64,000 nt of DNA from Candidatus Gastranaerophilales bacterium (GCA_947630045.1 CANRGC010000009.1:21566-85565), one strand, 5' to 3'. Numbered from the stretch's first letter, positions 16,631 to 27,149 are shown. Notes: generated from the letters alone by a model not told the origin. Made by a program: numbers and translations.

Positions 16631-18358
16631 ATGGCGCCATTTCCGGAAGCAGAAGATATGACAATTAAAAGGCTTTATGTAGCCCTCAAAAGAAGCGATA
16701 TGCAGCTTCTTCAAATGGGTGCGCATAAATTGCACGAAAAATATCATACCGGACACAAGTTTGAACTTCTGGAAGATTTGAAACAGATATTGCTTTACGT
16801 TGAGGAACAGTCTATTCCAAACGACATAAAAGACCTTTTAACAAGAACAATAAACGATATTTTAAACGGTGAGGCGCCGAAAAATTTAAATCAAAATGAA
16901 AACTTCGACAACTCGTTTGAAACTATTGGAAATGAAAATGTTGAAGGAAAACAGAATAATTTGTTTGACCTGAAATCAGCCGAAAATAACAGTCAGGTTG
17001 AAGAAAACCAAAACAATATTTATCAAAACTTTAATTCCGAAAATGAAGCGGAAATAAAAGAGGCTCAGCCGTTTATTGACGTAATTTACCCTGAAAAAAC
17101 CTCTGTTCCTCAAAATTTACAATTTAATGAAAACATTCAAAATGTTTATAACCCGACGACGGAAATCAACAATGAACCCGTTTTTGAAAAAGAGGAAGAA
17201 AAAATCGAAAATAAAGATTTTGAACCGGCTTATCATCAGGAACAGTTTGAATTTTCAAAACCGGAAGAACAAATTCAAGAAGAAATTAAAAATGAAAATC
17301 AGGCGGAAGAAACTCGGGAAGATAATCAAATTGAGGCTGAACCGGTTATTTTTGAAGAAAATAAGCTTCAAGAAGAAATAAAAAATGAGCCTGAACAAGA
17401 CTTTCAACCTCAAGAACAAAATAATATGGAAATTCAAAACGAATATCAACCACAAGAGGTTTCTCAACCGATACAAAATGAAAATTCTTTTGAAAATCAT
17501 ATTGAAGAAAAAATTGAAACACCGGAAGAAACCCAAAAAATTATTTTGGAAGAAAAAACCTCAACGCTTGGAAATGTTGCCGTATTTTATGATGACAAAG
17601 CAAGTTTTATTGACTATGCTCAAAATAAGCTTTACAGAAGCGAACTTGACTATATAACTTTAAATAAAGAGGCAAGCCCCAGCGAAACCGTTTCTTCGGT
17701 TAAAGCCTTGCTTGATATTCAAACGGATGAAATAAGCGAAATATTAAAAATGCTCAACACAATTAAAGGGCAAGTTTATTTTGTTACTTCATCAAAAAGC
17801 GAAAACATAATTAAAACCTTTATTGAACACTATATAAATTTTGAAATTCCTCTCGTGTGCGAAGGTCAGGAAGGTCAAAAAGTCGTAAGAATAATTCCGC
17901 TTTTTGGTCTTACAAACGTATTTATCTGCCCGAAATGTTACAAAAGAGAATACTTCGGCGGGGTGCACAACAAAATTTTAACAATGCAGTGCAAAGATTG
18001 CGGGCATGCTATGTATCCTGATGTTTATGAAGCCGAAAATTATCAAACAAACGCAAACCCGTACTATTTCCTGAAAGGGATAAATTCAATGGCAAACGCA
18101 GATGTTTGGATATTAATAAATCCGCCAATGGAAAACAACAGGGCGCTTATTTTTGAATTTCTAAAGACTTCGTTTGAAGTCAGCAAGCCCAAAAAGGTTT
18201 ATATTTTATCAAAAGAAACCACAAAAAAAGAGTATTACAGACAAATTTTTCAAGAGCTGAACCCTTCTTGCAATATAAAATGCGATTTTATAACCCAAGA
18301 TTCACTCTGCGAAGATTTCATTAACAGTGAAATGTCCACGTTAAAGGTTAATATTTAG
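16631..18358 (+). CDS. hypothetical protein. Helical His-containing N-domain, ~230-aa E/Q/N-rich acidic low-complexity region, and a C-terminal domain with a CxxC...CxxC zinc ribbon.
   Basis: 575-aa ORF with a good SD (AAGGAGATAACACTATG). N-terminus QLLQMGAHKLHEKYHTGHKFELLEDLKQIL. Repeated EEIKNE units. C-terminus ICPKCYKREYFGGVHNKILTMQCKDCGH. Its stop TAG directly abuts the recO ATG. Confidence 0.65.
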   Translation: MAPFPEAEDMTIKRLYVALKRSDMQLLQMGAHKLHEKYHTGHKFELLEDLKQILLYVEEQSIPNDIKDLLTRTINDILNGEAPKNLNQNENFDNSFETIGNENVEGKQNNLFDLKSAENNSQVEENQNNIYQNFNSENEAEIKEAQPFIDVIYPEKTSVPQNLQFNENIQNVYNPTTEINNEPVFEKEEEKIENKDFEPAYHQEQFEFSKPEEQIQEEIKNENQAEETREDNQIEAEPVIFEENKLQEEIKNEPEQDFQPQEQNNMEIQNEYQPQEVSQPIQNENSFENHIEEKIETPEETQKIILEEKTSTLGNVAVFYDDKASFIDYAQNKLYRSELDYITLNKEASPSETVSSVKALLDIQTDEISEILKMLNTIKGQVYFVTSSKSENIIKTFIEHYINFEIPLVCEGQEGQKVVRIIPLFGLTNVFICPKCYKREYFGGVHNKILTMQCKDCGHAMYPDVYEAENYQTNANPYYFLKGINSMANADVWILINPPMENNRALIFEFLKTSFEVSKPKKVYILSKETTKKEYYRQIFQELNPSCNIKCDFITQDSLCEDFINSEMSTLKVNI

Positions 18359-19132
18359 ATGGAAACCTATACAACAGACGCAATAAACATAAAAACCTAC
18401 CCTTTAAGCGAAAATGACAACATTGTCGTTATGTTTTCAAAAGAAAAGGGGCTTATAAGAGGAATTGCAAAAGGTGTAAAGCGCCCCAAAAGCAAACTTG
18501 GCGCAAGAATGCAAACTCTTGTTTGCAATACGCTTATGTTAAATAAGAAACAAAACCTTGATATTATAAAAGAAGCAAGCGCACTAAACCCTTTTAACAA
18601 ATTGAGATATGACCTTGAAAAGTTAACAATGGCTCTTTACATTGTTGAAATAATAAATACCTTCTGTGCGGCTGAGAACCTTGACGAAGACCAAAACAAG
18701 GTTATTTACGAGCTTTTATATAAAACTTTGAACAATATACAAAACTCAAAAAATAACACCGAAGTTGTTTTAAGCGCAATAAAATTTCAGCTTAAATTTA
18801 TGAATGAAGCCGGTTTCGGCCTTGAGCTTCAAAGGTGTTTGGTCTGTTCCAAAGAAACGAATGACGATGTTTTATTATCTCTTAAAACGGGCGGAATTGT
18901 CTGTATACAGTGCGCATTTGAACATGTTCAATATATTAAACTTAACCGCAAAATAAAAGATTTTCTTAACACCCTGTCAAAGGCAAAAATTGACGAGCCC
19001 ACAAGATATGATAATTTGGTTAACGAAAAAGTGGCAGAAACTTGCTTTAATCTTTTAAAGAAGTATATTGAAGTAATATCAAACAAAAAAAGCAAAACTT
19101 TCAAAGTAATGGAAGCGACGAAAGTAAGCTGA
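18359..19132 (+). CDS. recO: DNA repair protein RecO
   Basis: The OB-fold N-terminus (AINIKTYPLSENDNIVVMFSKEKGLIRGIAKGVKRPKSKL) and the zinc motif (CLVCSK...GGIVCIQC) are typical of RecO. Confidence 0.85.
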   Translation: METYTTDAINIKTYPLSENDNIVVMFSKEKGLIRGIAKGVKRPKSKLGARMQTLVCNTLMLNKKQNLDIIKEASALNPFNKLRYDLEKLTMALYIVEIINTFCAAENLDEDQNKVIYELLYKTLNNIQNSKNNTEVVLSAIKFQLKFMNEAGFGLELQRCLVCSKETNDDVLLSLKTGGIVCIQCAFEHVQYIKLNRKIKDFLNTLSKAKIDEPTRYDNLVNEKVAETCFNLLKKYIEVISNKKSKTFKVMEATKVS

Positions 19133-19145
19133 CGGAAAGAAAACA

Positions 19146-21167
19146 ATGAATAAAATTATAAAAACACTTCTCATAACAGTTTTTTGTCTTTGTTTTTGTT
19201 TAAACACAGATGCCAAAATGTCTAAGGAAGCAAATAAACTCTATACGGAAGCCCTTCAATTTGAAAACAACAACCAAATAGAAGGCGCAATTGATTTAAT
19301 TGAAAAGGCTTTAAACAATTCTAAAGACGATCTTACTTTGACCGTTAAGCTTGCGGGCTTATACGCAAGAAAGGGAGATTTGGACAATGCCGTAAAATTT
19401 TATAAAAAAGCGATTGAAATTAATCCGGAAGACGCCTTTTTATATATAAGCCTCGGCAATATTTATCAGCAAAAATCAGACTTTGAAAATGCCTTTCAAA
19501 CATATATGCAGGCGCAAAATATAGTTCCTGAATATATATATAATTATATGAACCTTGCAAACTCAAAATTTTACGGGGAAAAATATAAAGAAGCAATTCC
19601 TTATTATTTGGAATTTTTGAAAACTTATCCTTATAATACGGAAGCAAGAAAACTTCTTGCAAACAGTTATCTAAACCTTAAAGATTATAAAAACGCCGTT
19701 TTGGAATATGAAGAAGCCCTTTCAAAAAACTCTGAAACTTTTTCCGAATATTCGGAACTCGGGCTTGCTTATTTAAGAAATAAACAGTATACAAAAGCAA
19801 AAGACTCTTTTGAAAAGGCAATTGAGCTTAATTCAAAAGATTATTTTTCATACGGAAATCTTGCCGTTGTTCAATCTATTTTAAAAGAAAATGAGCTTGC
19901 TTATAACAACTATCAAAAAGCTTTCAGCTTAAACCCCGATTTAAACGATTTAAAACTTGATTACGGAAATCTTCTTGTTGAAATGGGCAAAAACGATGAA
20001 GCCGTTAACGCTTATAAAGACTATATCAAAGCAAAGCCCGACGATAAAACCGCCTATATGAATTTGGGAATGCTCTATCAAAAAACGAATAAAACAAATA
20101 GCGCAATTGAGGTTTTAAAAGAAGGGGTAAAAATTTCAAGCGATTTTGATATTGCAAACGAACTCGGGAAAAGTTATTTTCAAAAGGGTGATTTTGCAAA
20201 CTCTTTAAGCGTATATGAAACCGAACTTTTAAAAGACCCGAAAAACTTAAGAGCCGTTTATAACAAAGGGCTTTGCTTGGAAGCGCTAAAAGAATATAAA
20301 TCGGCTGACGCCATTTACAGAAAACTTTCATATTATGACAGTCTTGATTTAAAAGATTACGATTTAAAGCCCACGGACATTTCAAACAGCATATATTCAA
20401 ACTCCATATCATGGGCAAATTCGCTTTTAAAAGAAAAAGATTATAAAAAAGCAAAACAAATTTATACTTCCGCAATGGAAGAAAACCCCGAAAACAAAGA
20501 GGCTTATATCGGGCTTGCAAAAACATATGAAGAACTCGGGGTTAAAAACAAAACTGTTGAAAACTATGAAAAGGCGCTTGAAGTTTCTCCCGAGGATAAA
20601 AATGTTTATATTGAATACGGAAATTCTCTGAGCAATATGAATGAAAATGAAGCTGCACAGGAAGTTTATAAAAAAGCGTATGAAATTGACAGCGAAGATT
20701 TATCCTTGCTTGAGCTTCTTGCAGACACTTACACCAAAACGGGTAAATATAAAGAAGCTCTTGAGCTTTATGAACAAAGGCTAAATGGCGGAAGCGCAGA
20801 TGACAACCTTTATCTTAAAATCGGCTCAATGTATAAATATTTAAATGACGACGAGCTTGCCGTTCAAAACTATGAAAAAGCTCTTGAAATAAACCCGAAT
20901 AACGAAAATGCTTATTTTAACATAGGTCTTTCTTATTTCGATGAAGAAAAATATGACAAGGCGCTTTCATGTTTCAAAAAAATTATAGCCATTAACCCGA
21001 ATTATGCTTATGCATACTGGGGAATGGCAAAATGTTACGAAAAACAAAATTCAAAAAATGATGCCATTTATAACTATGAAAAGTTCATTGAAATTTCCGA
21101 TAACGAAGAATTAAAAACTCAGGCAAAATCTAAAGTTGATAACCTTTATAAGAGTTTGGCGGAATAG
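19146..21167 (+). CDS. secreted TPR-repeat protein
   Basis: Signal peptide MNKIIKTLLITVFCLCFCLNTDA. About 15 or more TPR-like 34-aa repeats follow (A..Y.KA.E..P....AY..LG..Y). Confidence 0.8.
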   Translation: MNKIIKTLLITVFCLCFCLNTDAKMSKEANKLYTEALQFENNNQIEGAIDLIEKALNNSKDDLTLTVKLAGLYARKGDLDNAVKFYKKAIEINPEDAFLYISLGNIYQQKSDFENAFQTYMQAQNIVPEYIYNYMNLANSKFYGEKYKEAIPYYLEFLKTYPYNTEARKLLANSYLNLKDYKNAVLEYEEALSKNSETFSEYSELGLAYLRNKQYTKAKDSFEKAIELNSKDYFSYGNLAVVQSILKENELAYNNYQKAFSLNPDLNDLKLDYGNLLVEMGKNDEAVNAYKDYIKAKPDDKTAYMNLGMLYQKTNKTNSAIEVLKEGVKISSDFDIANELGKSYFQKGDFANSLSVYETELLKDPKNLRAVYNKGLCLEALKEYKSADAIYRKLSYYDSLDLKDYDLKPTDISNSIYSNSISWANSLLKEKDYKKAKQIYTSAMEENPENKEAYIGLAKTYEELGVKNKTVENYEKALEVSPEDKNVYIEYGNSLSNMNENEAAQEVYKKAYEIDSEDLSLLELLADTYTKTGKYKEALELYEQRLNGGSADDNLYLKIGSMYKYLNDDELAVQNYEKALEINPNNENAYFNIGLSYFDEEKYDKALSCFKKIIAINPNYAYAYWGMAKCYEKQNSKNDAIYNYEKFIEISDNEELKTQAKSKVDNLYKSLAE

Positions 21168-21572
21168 ATGAAAAAGTTTTTTAAGGTTTTTATATTTTTT
21201 ATCTGTATGTTTTTTATGACCGCATGCGACAATGAACATGCCATGATTGGTTTTTCAAGAACTCCCTTTAAAAAAGAAACGGGATATAATCCCGCCAACA
21301 CTTTTAGTGCGGGCGATAAAATTTATTTTGCAATATATAACCCCAAAGGTTTTAAAACAAAGCTTTTAAAATTACAGGTTTTTAAAAAAACTGATAACAA
21401 CTCAGAATTTGGCGGATACGAATATTTATATAACAGAACGCTTGAATTAACAAATAAAAATGCTTACACAGACTATGTAGTTATTAACACGAAGGGTCAT
21501 TTTGTATTTCAGGTTTTTGATTACACAGACTTTCAAAAGCCCGTAGTTTTAGGGATTATAAAAGTTGAATAA
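21168..21572 (+). CDS. lipoprotein, function unknown
   Basis: Lipobox MFFMTAC. The start abuts the TPR-gene stop (TAGATG). Confidence 0.6.
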   Translation: MKKFFKVFIFFICMFFMTACDNEHAMIGFSRTPFKKETGYNPANTFSAGDKIYFAIYNPKGFKTKLLKLQVFKKTDNNSEFGGYEYLYNRTLELTNKNAYTDYVVINTKGHFVFQVFDYTDFQKPVVLGIIKVE

Positions 21573-21996
21573 ATTTAAAAACTTTGTTGAAGATATAATT
21601 TTATCTGTTAAAAACAGGCTTTTTTCTTCAAAATATATAATCAAGGGAAAATGCAGACAATGCGGCGAATGTTGCCGAAATATTCTGTTTTCAAACGAAA
21701 ACGGATATGTAAAAGATGAAGAAACTTTTAAATTAATGCAAAAAAAGCATTTAATCTATCGCTTTTTCAGCCCGAACGGAAAAGTTACAAAAGAGGGCGA
21801 TGAGCTTGAAGGGGCGATTTTGTTTAAATGTAAACATTTAAAAAATAACAGGTGCAAAATTTATTTGTTCAGACCGATTTTTTGCAGAGATTACCCCGCC
21901 GCAAACCCGAAATTTATTGAAATGGGGGGAACAACGCTTGATAATTGCGGCTTTTCTTTTGGGGTGGACAAAAGTTTTAAAAATTACTTAAAATAA
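21565..21996 (+). CDS. YkgJ-family (CxxCxxCC) cysteine-cluster protein
   Basis: CRQCGECCRN, then C-x-H-L, then NRCKIYLFRPIFCRDYP. Confidence 0.75.
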   Translation: MNKFKNFVEDIILSVKNRLFSSKYIIKGKCRQCGECCRNILFSNENGYVKDEETFKLMQKKHLIYRFFSPNGKVTKEGDELEGAILFKCKHLKNNRCKIYLFRPIFCRDYPAANPKFIEMGGTTLDNCGFSFGVDKSFKNYLK

Positions 21997-22003
21997 TTTG
22001 AAA

Positions 22004-23965
22004 TTAAAGATCTTCCGGCACTTTAATTTTGTTCAGCTCTCTGTCGCTTTCTTTCTTTTGTCTTTTGCCTATTTTATCAGGGTTCTTTACGGTTAATTTA
22101 TCAAACTTCATATCAAGATTGTCCGTGCCGAGAAGAAAAAGAAAATCAAAATACATATTTTGTCTTATTGTGTCATAAGAAAAGACAATTTTAATATCCT
22201 CAGGGCCTGCAACCGCATAAAACCTGTTTTCCGTTAAAATATCTTTATCGGTGTTATCTTTCAGAGGCGAAAGGGTTCCTTTATAACCGAGAGAAAGAAA
22301 TTTGTTGCAAATAATGCTTTCATCAAACGCAATTGTTTGGCGACCATATCTGTATTCGTCAAATTTATACGGCGACCTTCCGTGAACTCCGCCCATTGTG
22401 TATGTTATGTTTGAGTTCCAACGTTTTACTTTTGATGTAATGCTGGGACCAAATCTGAAAAATGCGGGGGTATCGCCGGTTTCTGTGTATAAGGTTGCCA
22501 TAACCTGACCCAATGCGCTTACATCAAGAAACATATCCTGTTCCTTTGAGCCAAAAGTTCTCAAGCTCTTTGAAAGTTCACCCTGATAACGATATCTGAA
22601 CCCGTCACGCATATTATCTTCCTGATGTTCTCTTTCGTAATCGGCAACGTAACCGCCTGTAATTCTGTGTCTGTAAACTGCGTTTCCAAGCTCTCTTACG
22701 GGATAAGAGTCATCAAAAACAAGTTCTGCCAAATATCCGGCACGGTTGCCGCCGTTAAACCATTCATTTTTATAAACGTGTCTTGCCAAGTCTAATTTTA
22801 ATGTATTGGTTACTTTATATTCACCGTCAAAAATCAGGTTATTGGTGTTTGTTGCCCAACCGACTTCCGTTCTTGTTTTTTTAGATTTCAATTGACCTAT
22901 CAAGCCCAGCCCGAATTCACTTTCGCCGTATACCAAGGCGGGCATTGCTCTGAATGTAAATGTTTTTGGCAATTTAAAAGTATAGCCCAAGCCCAAATAT
23001 GCGCCAAGACCTTTAATTGAGCCGAATTCTATAGGATAATTTGCTTCCGTATACGTAAGCTCTTTATCGGAAAAAATTTCAATCGAAGGTACATTTAAGA
23101 CTTTTCTTTTTCCGTAATAAATGTCTACGTTTTTCATAATCATAGAGTCGTGGTCTTTTTCGGGGCGTATTTCTATTTCTTTTGTTTTAAATTTATAGGG
23201 CTTGCTTCTTTCTTTTTTTAATTCAAAATCAACAAGCCTTGTATCGTTTATTGCACGTCCGTATGCCGAAAAGCCCGTTGAATAAAGTTCCATTTCAATT
23301 TTTTTATTTAATTCGACATTTCCGTTCAGGTTTTCAATCTTGTCGGAATATGCATACCCTTCTTTTGCGTTAATTGTTAAGGTGCCGATTTTTGTGGAAG
23401 GCTCATCCATAAGGGCGTTTTCTTCGTTAAGGTCAATGAGCATATATTCGCCGTCAACCGTGGCATTACCCTTTAAAAGAGAAACGTTGCCCAAAAGTTT
23501 TATGGTGTTATTGTCTTTGTTATATATTGCCTTGTCTGCATAGGCTTTTGCGCCTGAGGGGGTAATTATTTCAACTTTTTCTCTTGCCTCAAGTTCGTTC
23601 CTCTCGTCGAAATATTCCATTTCATTGCAGTTTATAATAAGGTCTTCTTCTTTGTTGACTTTATTTTCCGCTTCTTCTTCGGCCTTTTCTTTTGCAAGCT
23701 TTTTTTCATCAATAATTTCGCCAATGCTTTTTATATGCACTTCAGGCTTATTAAGATTAATATTTGTTTTGTAATAATCACCGCCCAAAGAATTATTTAC
23801 GGGAACAAAAACACCCGTTTGAGCGTTCTTATCTTCAATTTCATCGCTTGGAACGATTTCATATGCCCTTACCGTATCAATTGCATAAGCACATGAAAAA
23901 GAACCCAAAAACAACGCCGAGGCTAATAAAAAGTTTATAAAATTTTTATTCACTATTCTATTCAT
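22004..23965 (-). CDS. LptD/OstA-like outer-membrane LPS-assembly protein (probable)
   Basis: A signal peptide is present. The OstA-type N-domain reads LIINCNEMEYFDERNELEAREKVEIITPSGAKAYADKAIYNKDNNTIKLLGNVSLLKGNATVDGEYMLIDL. The C-terminal region is long and rich in aromatic/Gly beta-strand patterns. Confidence 0.6.
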   Translation of the reverse strand: MNRIVNKNFINFLLASALFLGSFSCAYAIDTVRAYEIVPSDEIEDKNAQTGVFVPVNNSLGGDYYKTNINLNKPEVHIKSIGEIIDEKKLAKEKAEEEAENKVNKEEDLIINCNEMEYFDERNELEAREKVEIITPSGAKAYADKAIYNKDNNTIKLLGNVSLLKGNATVDGEYMLIDLNEENALMDEPSTKIGTLTINAKEGYAYSDKIENLNGNVELNKKIEMELYSTGFSAYGRAINDTRLVDFELKKERSKPYKFKTKEIEIRPEKDHDSMIMKNVDIYYGKRKVLNVPSIEIFSDKELTYTEANYPIEFGSIKGLGAYLGLGYTFKLPKTFTFRAMPALVYGESEFGLGLIGQLKSKKTRTEVGWATNTNNLIFDGEYKVTNTLKLDLARHVYKNEWFNGGNRAGYLAELVFDDSYPVRELGNAVYRHRITGGYVADYEREHQEDNMRDGFRYRYQGELSKSLRTFGSKEQDMFLDVSALGQVMATLYTETGDTPAFFRFGPSITSKVKRWNSNITYTMGGVHGRSPYKFDEYRYGRQTIAFDESIICNKFLSLGYKGTLSPLKDNTDKDILTENRFYAVAGPEDIKIVFSYDTIRQNMYFDFLFLLGTDNLDMKFDKLTVKNPDKIGKRQKKESDRELNKIKVPEDL

Positions 23966-24012
23966 AACTTCTCATTACAATTTTACCACTTAAAGCAATA
24001 CATGGAAAATAC

Positions 24013-25146
24013 TTAAATTGGAGCATATTTTGAAGGATTTACGGGTCTTCCGTTTTCACGCACTTCAAAATGAAGGTGCGGACCGGTTGAATAACCCGTA
24101 GAGCCGACGTTTGCAATTATTTGACCTTTATAAACTGAAACTCCGTTTGAAACTCTGTAACTTGAAAGGTGGGCATAAAGAGTGGTTACGGGAACTCCGT
24201 TAACTTTACCATGGTCAATAATAACAACCTTGCCGTATCCGCCATACCAGCCCGTATAAATGACTTTACCCGAGTTTGCCGCTTTTACGGGTGAACCCAT
24301 GGGCATTCCCAAATCTACACCCGTGTGAGTAATTTTTCTTTTAAATATAGGGTGCATTCTTGTTCCGAAAGGCGAGGTTACGGGCCCTGAAACCGGTCTT
24401 AAGAAACCGCCCGTTACTTTTGTTATGGTGGATGAAGATTTTTTAGTGGTTTTGTTAATTAAATCGCCTAATTGCGCTGATTGTTTTGCGAGTTCTCTTT
24501 CAGATTTTTCCCAATATTTAATATTGTTTTGAAGGTTATATATCAGTCTTTCGTTTTGTTCTATGGCGCTTTGAATGTTTTTTTGCTGTTTATCCATCGT
24601 TTTTATGGATGAAGCAAGATATTCTTTTTGTCTTTCCATTTGCTGTTTTAACATGCGAATTGTTGCGGCTCTGGTTTTTGCATTTTGAATATTTTTCTTA
24701 TCAATATTCATAACAAGATTTTCGTAATAAATTCTGTCCAAAAAGTCGTTTACGTCACCTGCCGAAAAAAGAAATTCGACATACCCCGAGCGCCTTGATT
24801 TATAAATTTGGACTATTCTTTTATTTGTGTTCGCCTGATGTTCGTTATATTCCGCTATTTGTTTATCAAGTTCTGTTTTTAATCTGTCGAGTTCGTTTTT
24901 GGCATCTTCATATTTAGCCTTGTTAACGCTTAAGTTTGTTTGGGTTTTTTCAAGTTGTTTTTGATTTTTATAGAGTCTTCCCGATTCAATTTTTTCTCTT
25001 AGCTTAAGTTTGTTTATCTGTTTTTTGGCATGAACTCTCTGTTGTTCAATTTGGGCTTTATCCGCAGCAAAAGAAGGTGTCGTTTCGACATTCAAAAAAA
25101 GCGCTGAGATAAGCAATATTAAAAGTATTTTTATCTTTTTCACCAT
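24013..25146 (-). CDS. M23-family peptidoglycan endopeptidase with an N-terminal coiled coil (EnvC-like architecture)
   Basis: HTGVDLGMPMGSPVKAANSGKVIY...GYGKVVIIDHG...TLYAHLSS...GSTGYSTGPHLHFEVRENG. A signal peptide and a ~200-aa coiled coil are present. Confidence 0.9.
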   Translation of the reverse strand: MVKKIKILLILLISALFLNVETTPSFAADKAQIEQQRVHAKKQINKLKLREKIESGRLYKNQKQLEKTQTNLSVNKAKYEDAKNELDRLKTELDKQIAEYNEHQANTNKRIVQIYKSRRSGYVEFLFSAGDVNDFLDRIYYENLVMNIDKKNIQNAKTRAATIRMLKQQMERQKEYLASSIKTMDKQQKNIQSAIEQNERLIYNLQNNIKYWEKSERELAKQSAQLGDLINKTTKKSSSTITKVTGGFLRPVSGPVTSPFGTRMHPIFKRKITHTGVDLGMPMGSPVKAANSGKVIYTGWYGGYGKVVIIDHGKVNGVPVTTLYAHLSSYRVSNGVSVYKGQIIANVGSTGYSTGPHLHFEVRENGRPVNPSKYAPI

Positions 25147-25151
25147 AAAAT

Positions 25152-25259
25152 TTATCTTGCAAGAAGAGGAACAAGAATTGTTGCTCCGATAAGCCAGAAA
25201 GTAACTGTGATAACTAAAACTCCGACAATTATTTTTCTGTTTTCTCTGAAAAATTCCAT
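25152..25259 (-). CDS. possible 35-aa single-TM small protein
   Basis: My translation is MEFFRENRKIIVGVLVITVTFWLIGATILVPLLAR*. The stop lies 5 nt before the M23 peptidase start. The SD is weak (GGGA). It is below the ORF-track size cutoff. Confidence 0.35.
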   Translation of the reverse strand: MEFFRENRKIIVGVLVITVTFWLIGATILVPLLAR

Positions 25260-25342
25260 TTTTATTTTCCCAAAAGTAAAATGTTTACAGTCAATATTGT
25301 AACAGCAAAAAACCTTTTTTTGCAAATTTTAAGAAAGCTTTT

Positions 25343-26674
25343 TTACTTAATTTTACACCCGCTGTCTTCCATATCGACTTTTTCGTCAAAGTCGTTATCT
25401 ATCTTGTCATAACAAGATTTTCCCGACTCATATCCTTCCGAATTGGGATAATATTTTAAATAGACATCATTAATTGAGTTATAAAGCTTGTCGAAATATC
25501 CGTTATAAAAAGAAGTCAGCTCTTTATTTTTAATTAAGACTATATTTTCATCATTCTTCCAAAATCCGCTGTATGAAAAGTTAACGCTTCCCAAAATCAA
25601 AGTGTTATCATCAATTGAAATTGTTTTTTCGTGGTTTTTGCCGCCGAAATTTTCAACCTTTGCTTTTATTCCTTCTTTTCTCATAAGTTCAATTTTGCTT
25701 GCAAATTTTTTTGCACTCGTTGCGTCAAAAACAATTTTTATATCCACCCCTCTTTTTTTGGCGGAAATTAAATCGTCAATCATTTTGTTGTATGTAAGCA
25801 CAAAAACGCTGAGCCTGATTGATTTTTTGGCATTATTTATTTCGGGGGCAATAATTTTCTTATATACATTCCCGACGGGCGAAAATGCGGTTTTAACTTT
25901 GACATCTTCCCCCAAATCTATCAAACTCGTTGAAAAATCTTGTTTTTCGTTTTTAAATTTTCCCGCATACATTTGGTTAAATTCATTTTTATAAGCCTTA
26001 GCAAAATTAACATCTCTTACAACAATAATTGAGTTTGAGTTATACCCGCCGCAGCCCGTTTTTGAGATATTCATGGAGCCTGTAAAAACAAGAGTGTCGT
26101 CTATTATAAAAAATTTATTGTGCATAATTTTTTGAGAAACATCATAGACAATATTTGCCTGCCCTTTTAGTTTATTGTTGTCTTCGTAAGTCGGGGTTTT
26201 TGTGTCGTTGGAATCGGAAACTCCTCTTATTTCAACTCCCCTTTTTCGGGCATTTATAAGCGCATTTATAATTTCATCCTGTCCGTCAAACCCGTAAACC
26301 GCAAAGTCTATCGAATTTTTACTTGAGTTAATTTCTTTGATTAAAAGTTTACAAACATCCGTCCTTGAAGCTTTTGAAGGAAGGTCAAACGCTGTCGGGT
26401 TATTTATATAAAGCGCCAATTTGCCTCTTTTTAAAAATGAAGGATATGAAAACTTTTTGAACGGATAGAGTTTTAAGTTTTTATGCCGAGGTACCGTAAA
26501 ATTGTTATTATCATAAGTGTTGTCAAATTTTTCATCACTGTCTGTGTCTATTATTTCAGTTTTATCTTCATATTTTGAATATAAAAAATCGTCTTCGCTT
26601 TTTTTGCAATCTGCGAGAACAAAGAAAAAAATAAAAAGAAAAACAACTGCCAAAATATACAAAAAATTTTTCAT
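25343..26674 (-). CDS. phospholipase D-superfamily protein with two HKD motifs, exported or membrane-anchored
   Basis: HNKFFIIDDTLVFTGSMNISKTG and NHEKTISIDDNTLILGSVNFSYSG. N-terminal hydrophobic anchor FLYILAVVFLFIFFFVLADC. Confidence 0.8.
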   Translation of the reverse strand: MKNFLYILAVVFLFIFFFVLADCKKSEDDFLYSKYEDKTEIIDTDSDEKFDNTYDNNNFTVPRHKNLKLYPFKKFSYPSFLKRGKLALYINNPTAFDLPSKASRTDVCKLLIKEINSSKNSIDFAVYGFDGQDEIINALINARKRGVEIRGVSDSNDTKTPTYEDNNKLKGQANIVYDVSQKIMHNKFFIIDDTLVFTGSMNISKTGCGGYNSNSIIVVRDVNFAKAYKNEFNQMYAGKFKNEKQDFSTSLIDLGEDVKVKTAFSPVGNVYKKIIAPEINNAKKSIRLSVFVLTYNKMIDDLISAKKRGVDIKIVFDATSAKKFASKIELMRKEGIKAKVENFGGKNHEKTISIDDNTLILGSVNFSYSGFWKNDENIVLIKNKELTSFYNGYFDKLYNSINDVYLKYYPNSEGYESGKSCYDKIDNDFDEKVDMEDSGCKIK

Positions 26675-26773
26675 TATTTCATTATATTTATATTTTTTAA
26701 AAAATACTTGAATATTAAAAATGTTTACGTTAGCATAAAAATTGCTATGAACAAAAAATAAGGAAAAAGGAAG

Positions 26774-27127
26774 ATGAATCCCGTTATAAGCGAATTAGAA
26801 AAAGAATATACTCAAAAAGAAATGCCTTCTATGAACCCCGGCGACACGGTTAAAGTGTTTGTCCGCATTATTGAAGGAAACAAAGAACGTATTCAGGCGT
26901 TCGAAGGAACAGTTATTAAAAAACACGGTTCAGGAATAAACAAAACCGTTACGGTTAGAAAAGTTTTCCAAGGAATTGGCGTTGAACGTGTTTTTGCAAT
27001 TTATTCACCGAGAATTGAAAAAATTCAAGTTTTAAGAAAAGGTGATGTAAGACGTTCAAAACTCTATTATTTAAGAGAACGTTCAGGCAAAGCTACACGT
27101 ATTAGAGAAAAAATGGATAAAAGATAA
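26774..27127 (+). CDS. rplS: 50S ribosomal protein L19
   Basis: [65 protein letters not shown]. Confidence 0.95.
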   Translation: MNPVISELEKEYTQKEMPSMNPGDTVKVFVRIIEGNKERIQAFEGTVIKKHGSGINKTVTVRKVFQGIGVERVFAIYSPRIEKIQVLRKGDVRRSKLYYLRERSGKATRIREKMDKR

Positions 27128-27149
27128 TTTATTTTAATTTTAAATTTGA

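Noticed and set aside
17127-17657. K-rich ORFs on both strands (17127-17381 +, 17385-17657 +, 17255-17536 -)
   Set aside because: These are alternative-frame and antisense readings of the GAA/AAA-rich DNA that encodes the E/Q/N-rich tract of the 575-aa protein. They are artefacts of low complexity.
20026-20526. 166-aa ORF antisense to the TPR-protein gene
   Set aside because: It is a shadow ORF inside a clearly coding TPR repeat gene, with implausible composition.
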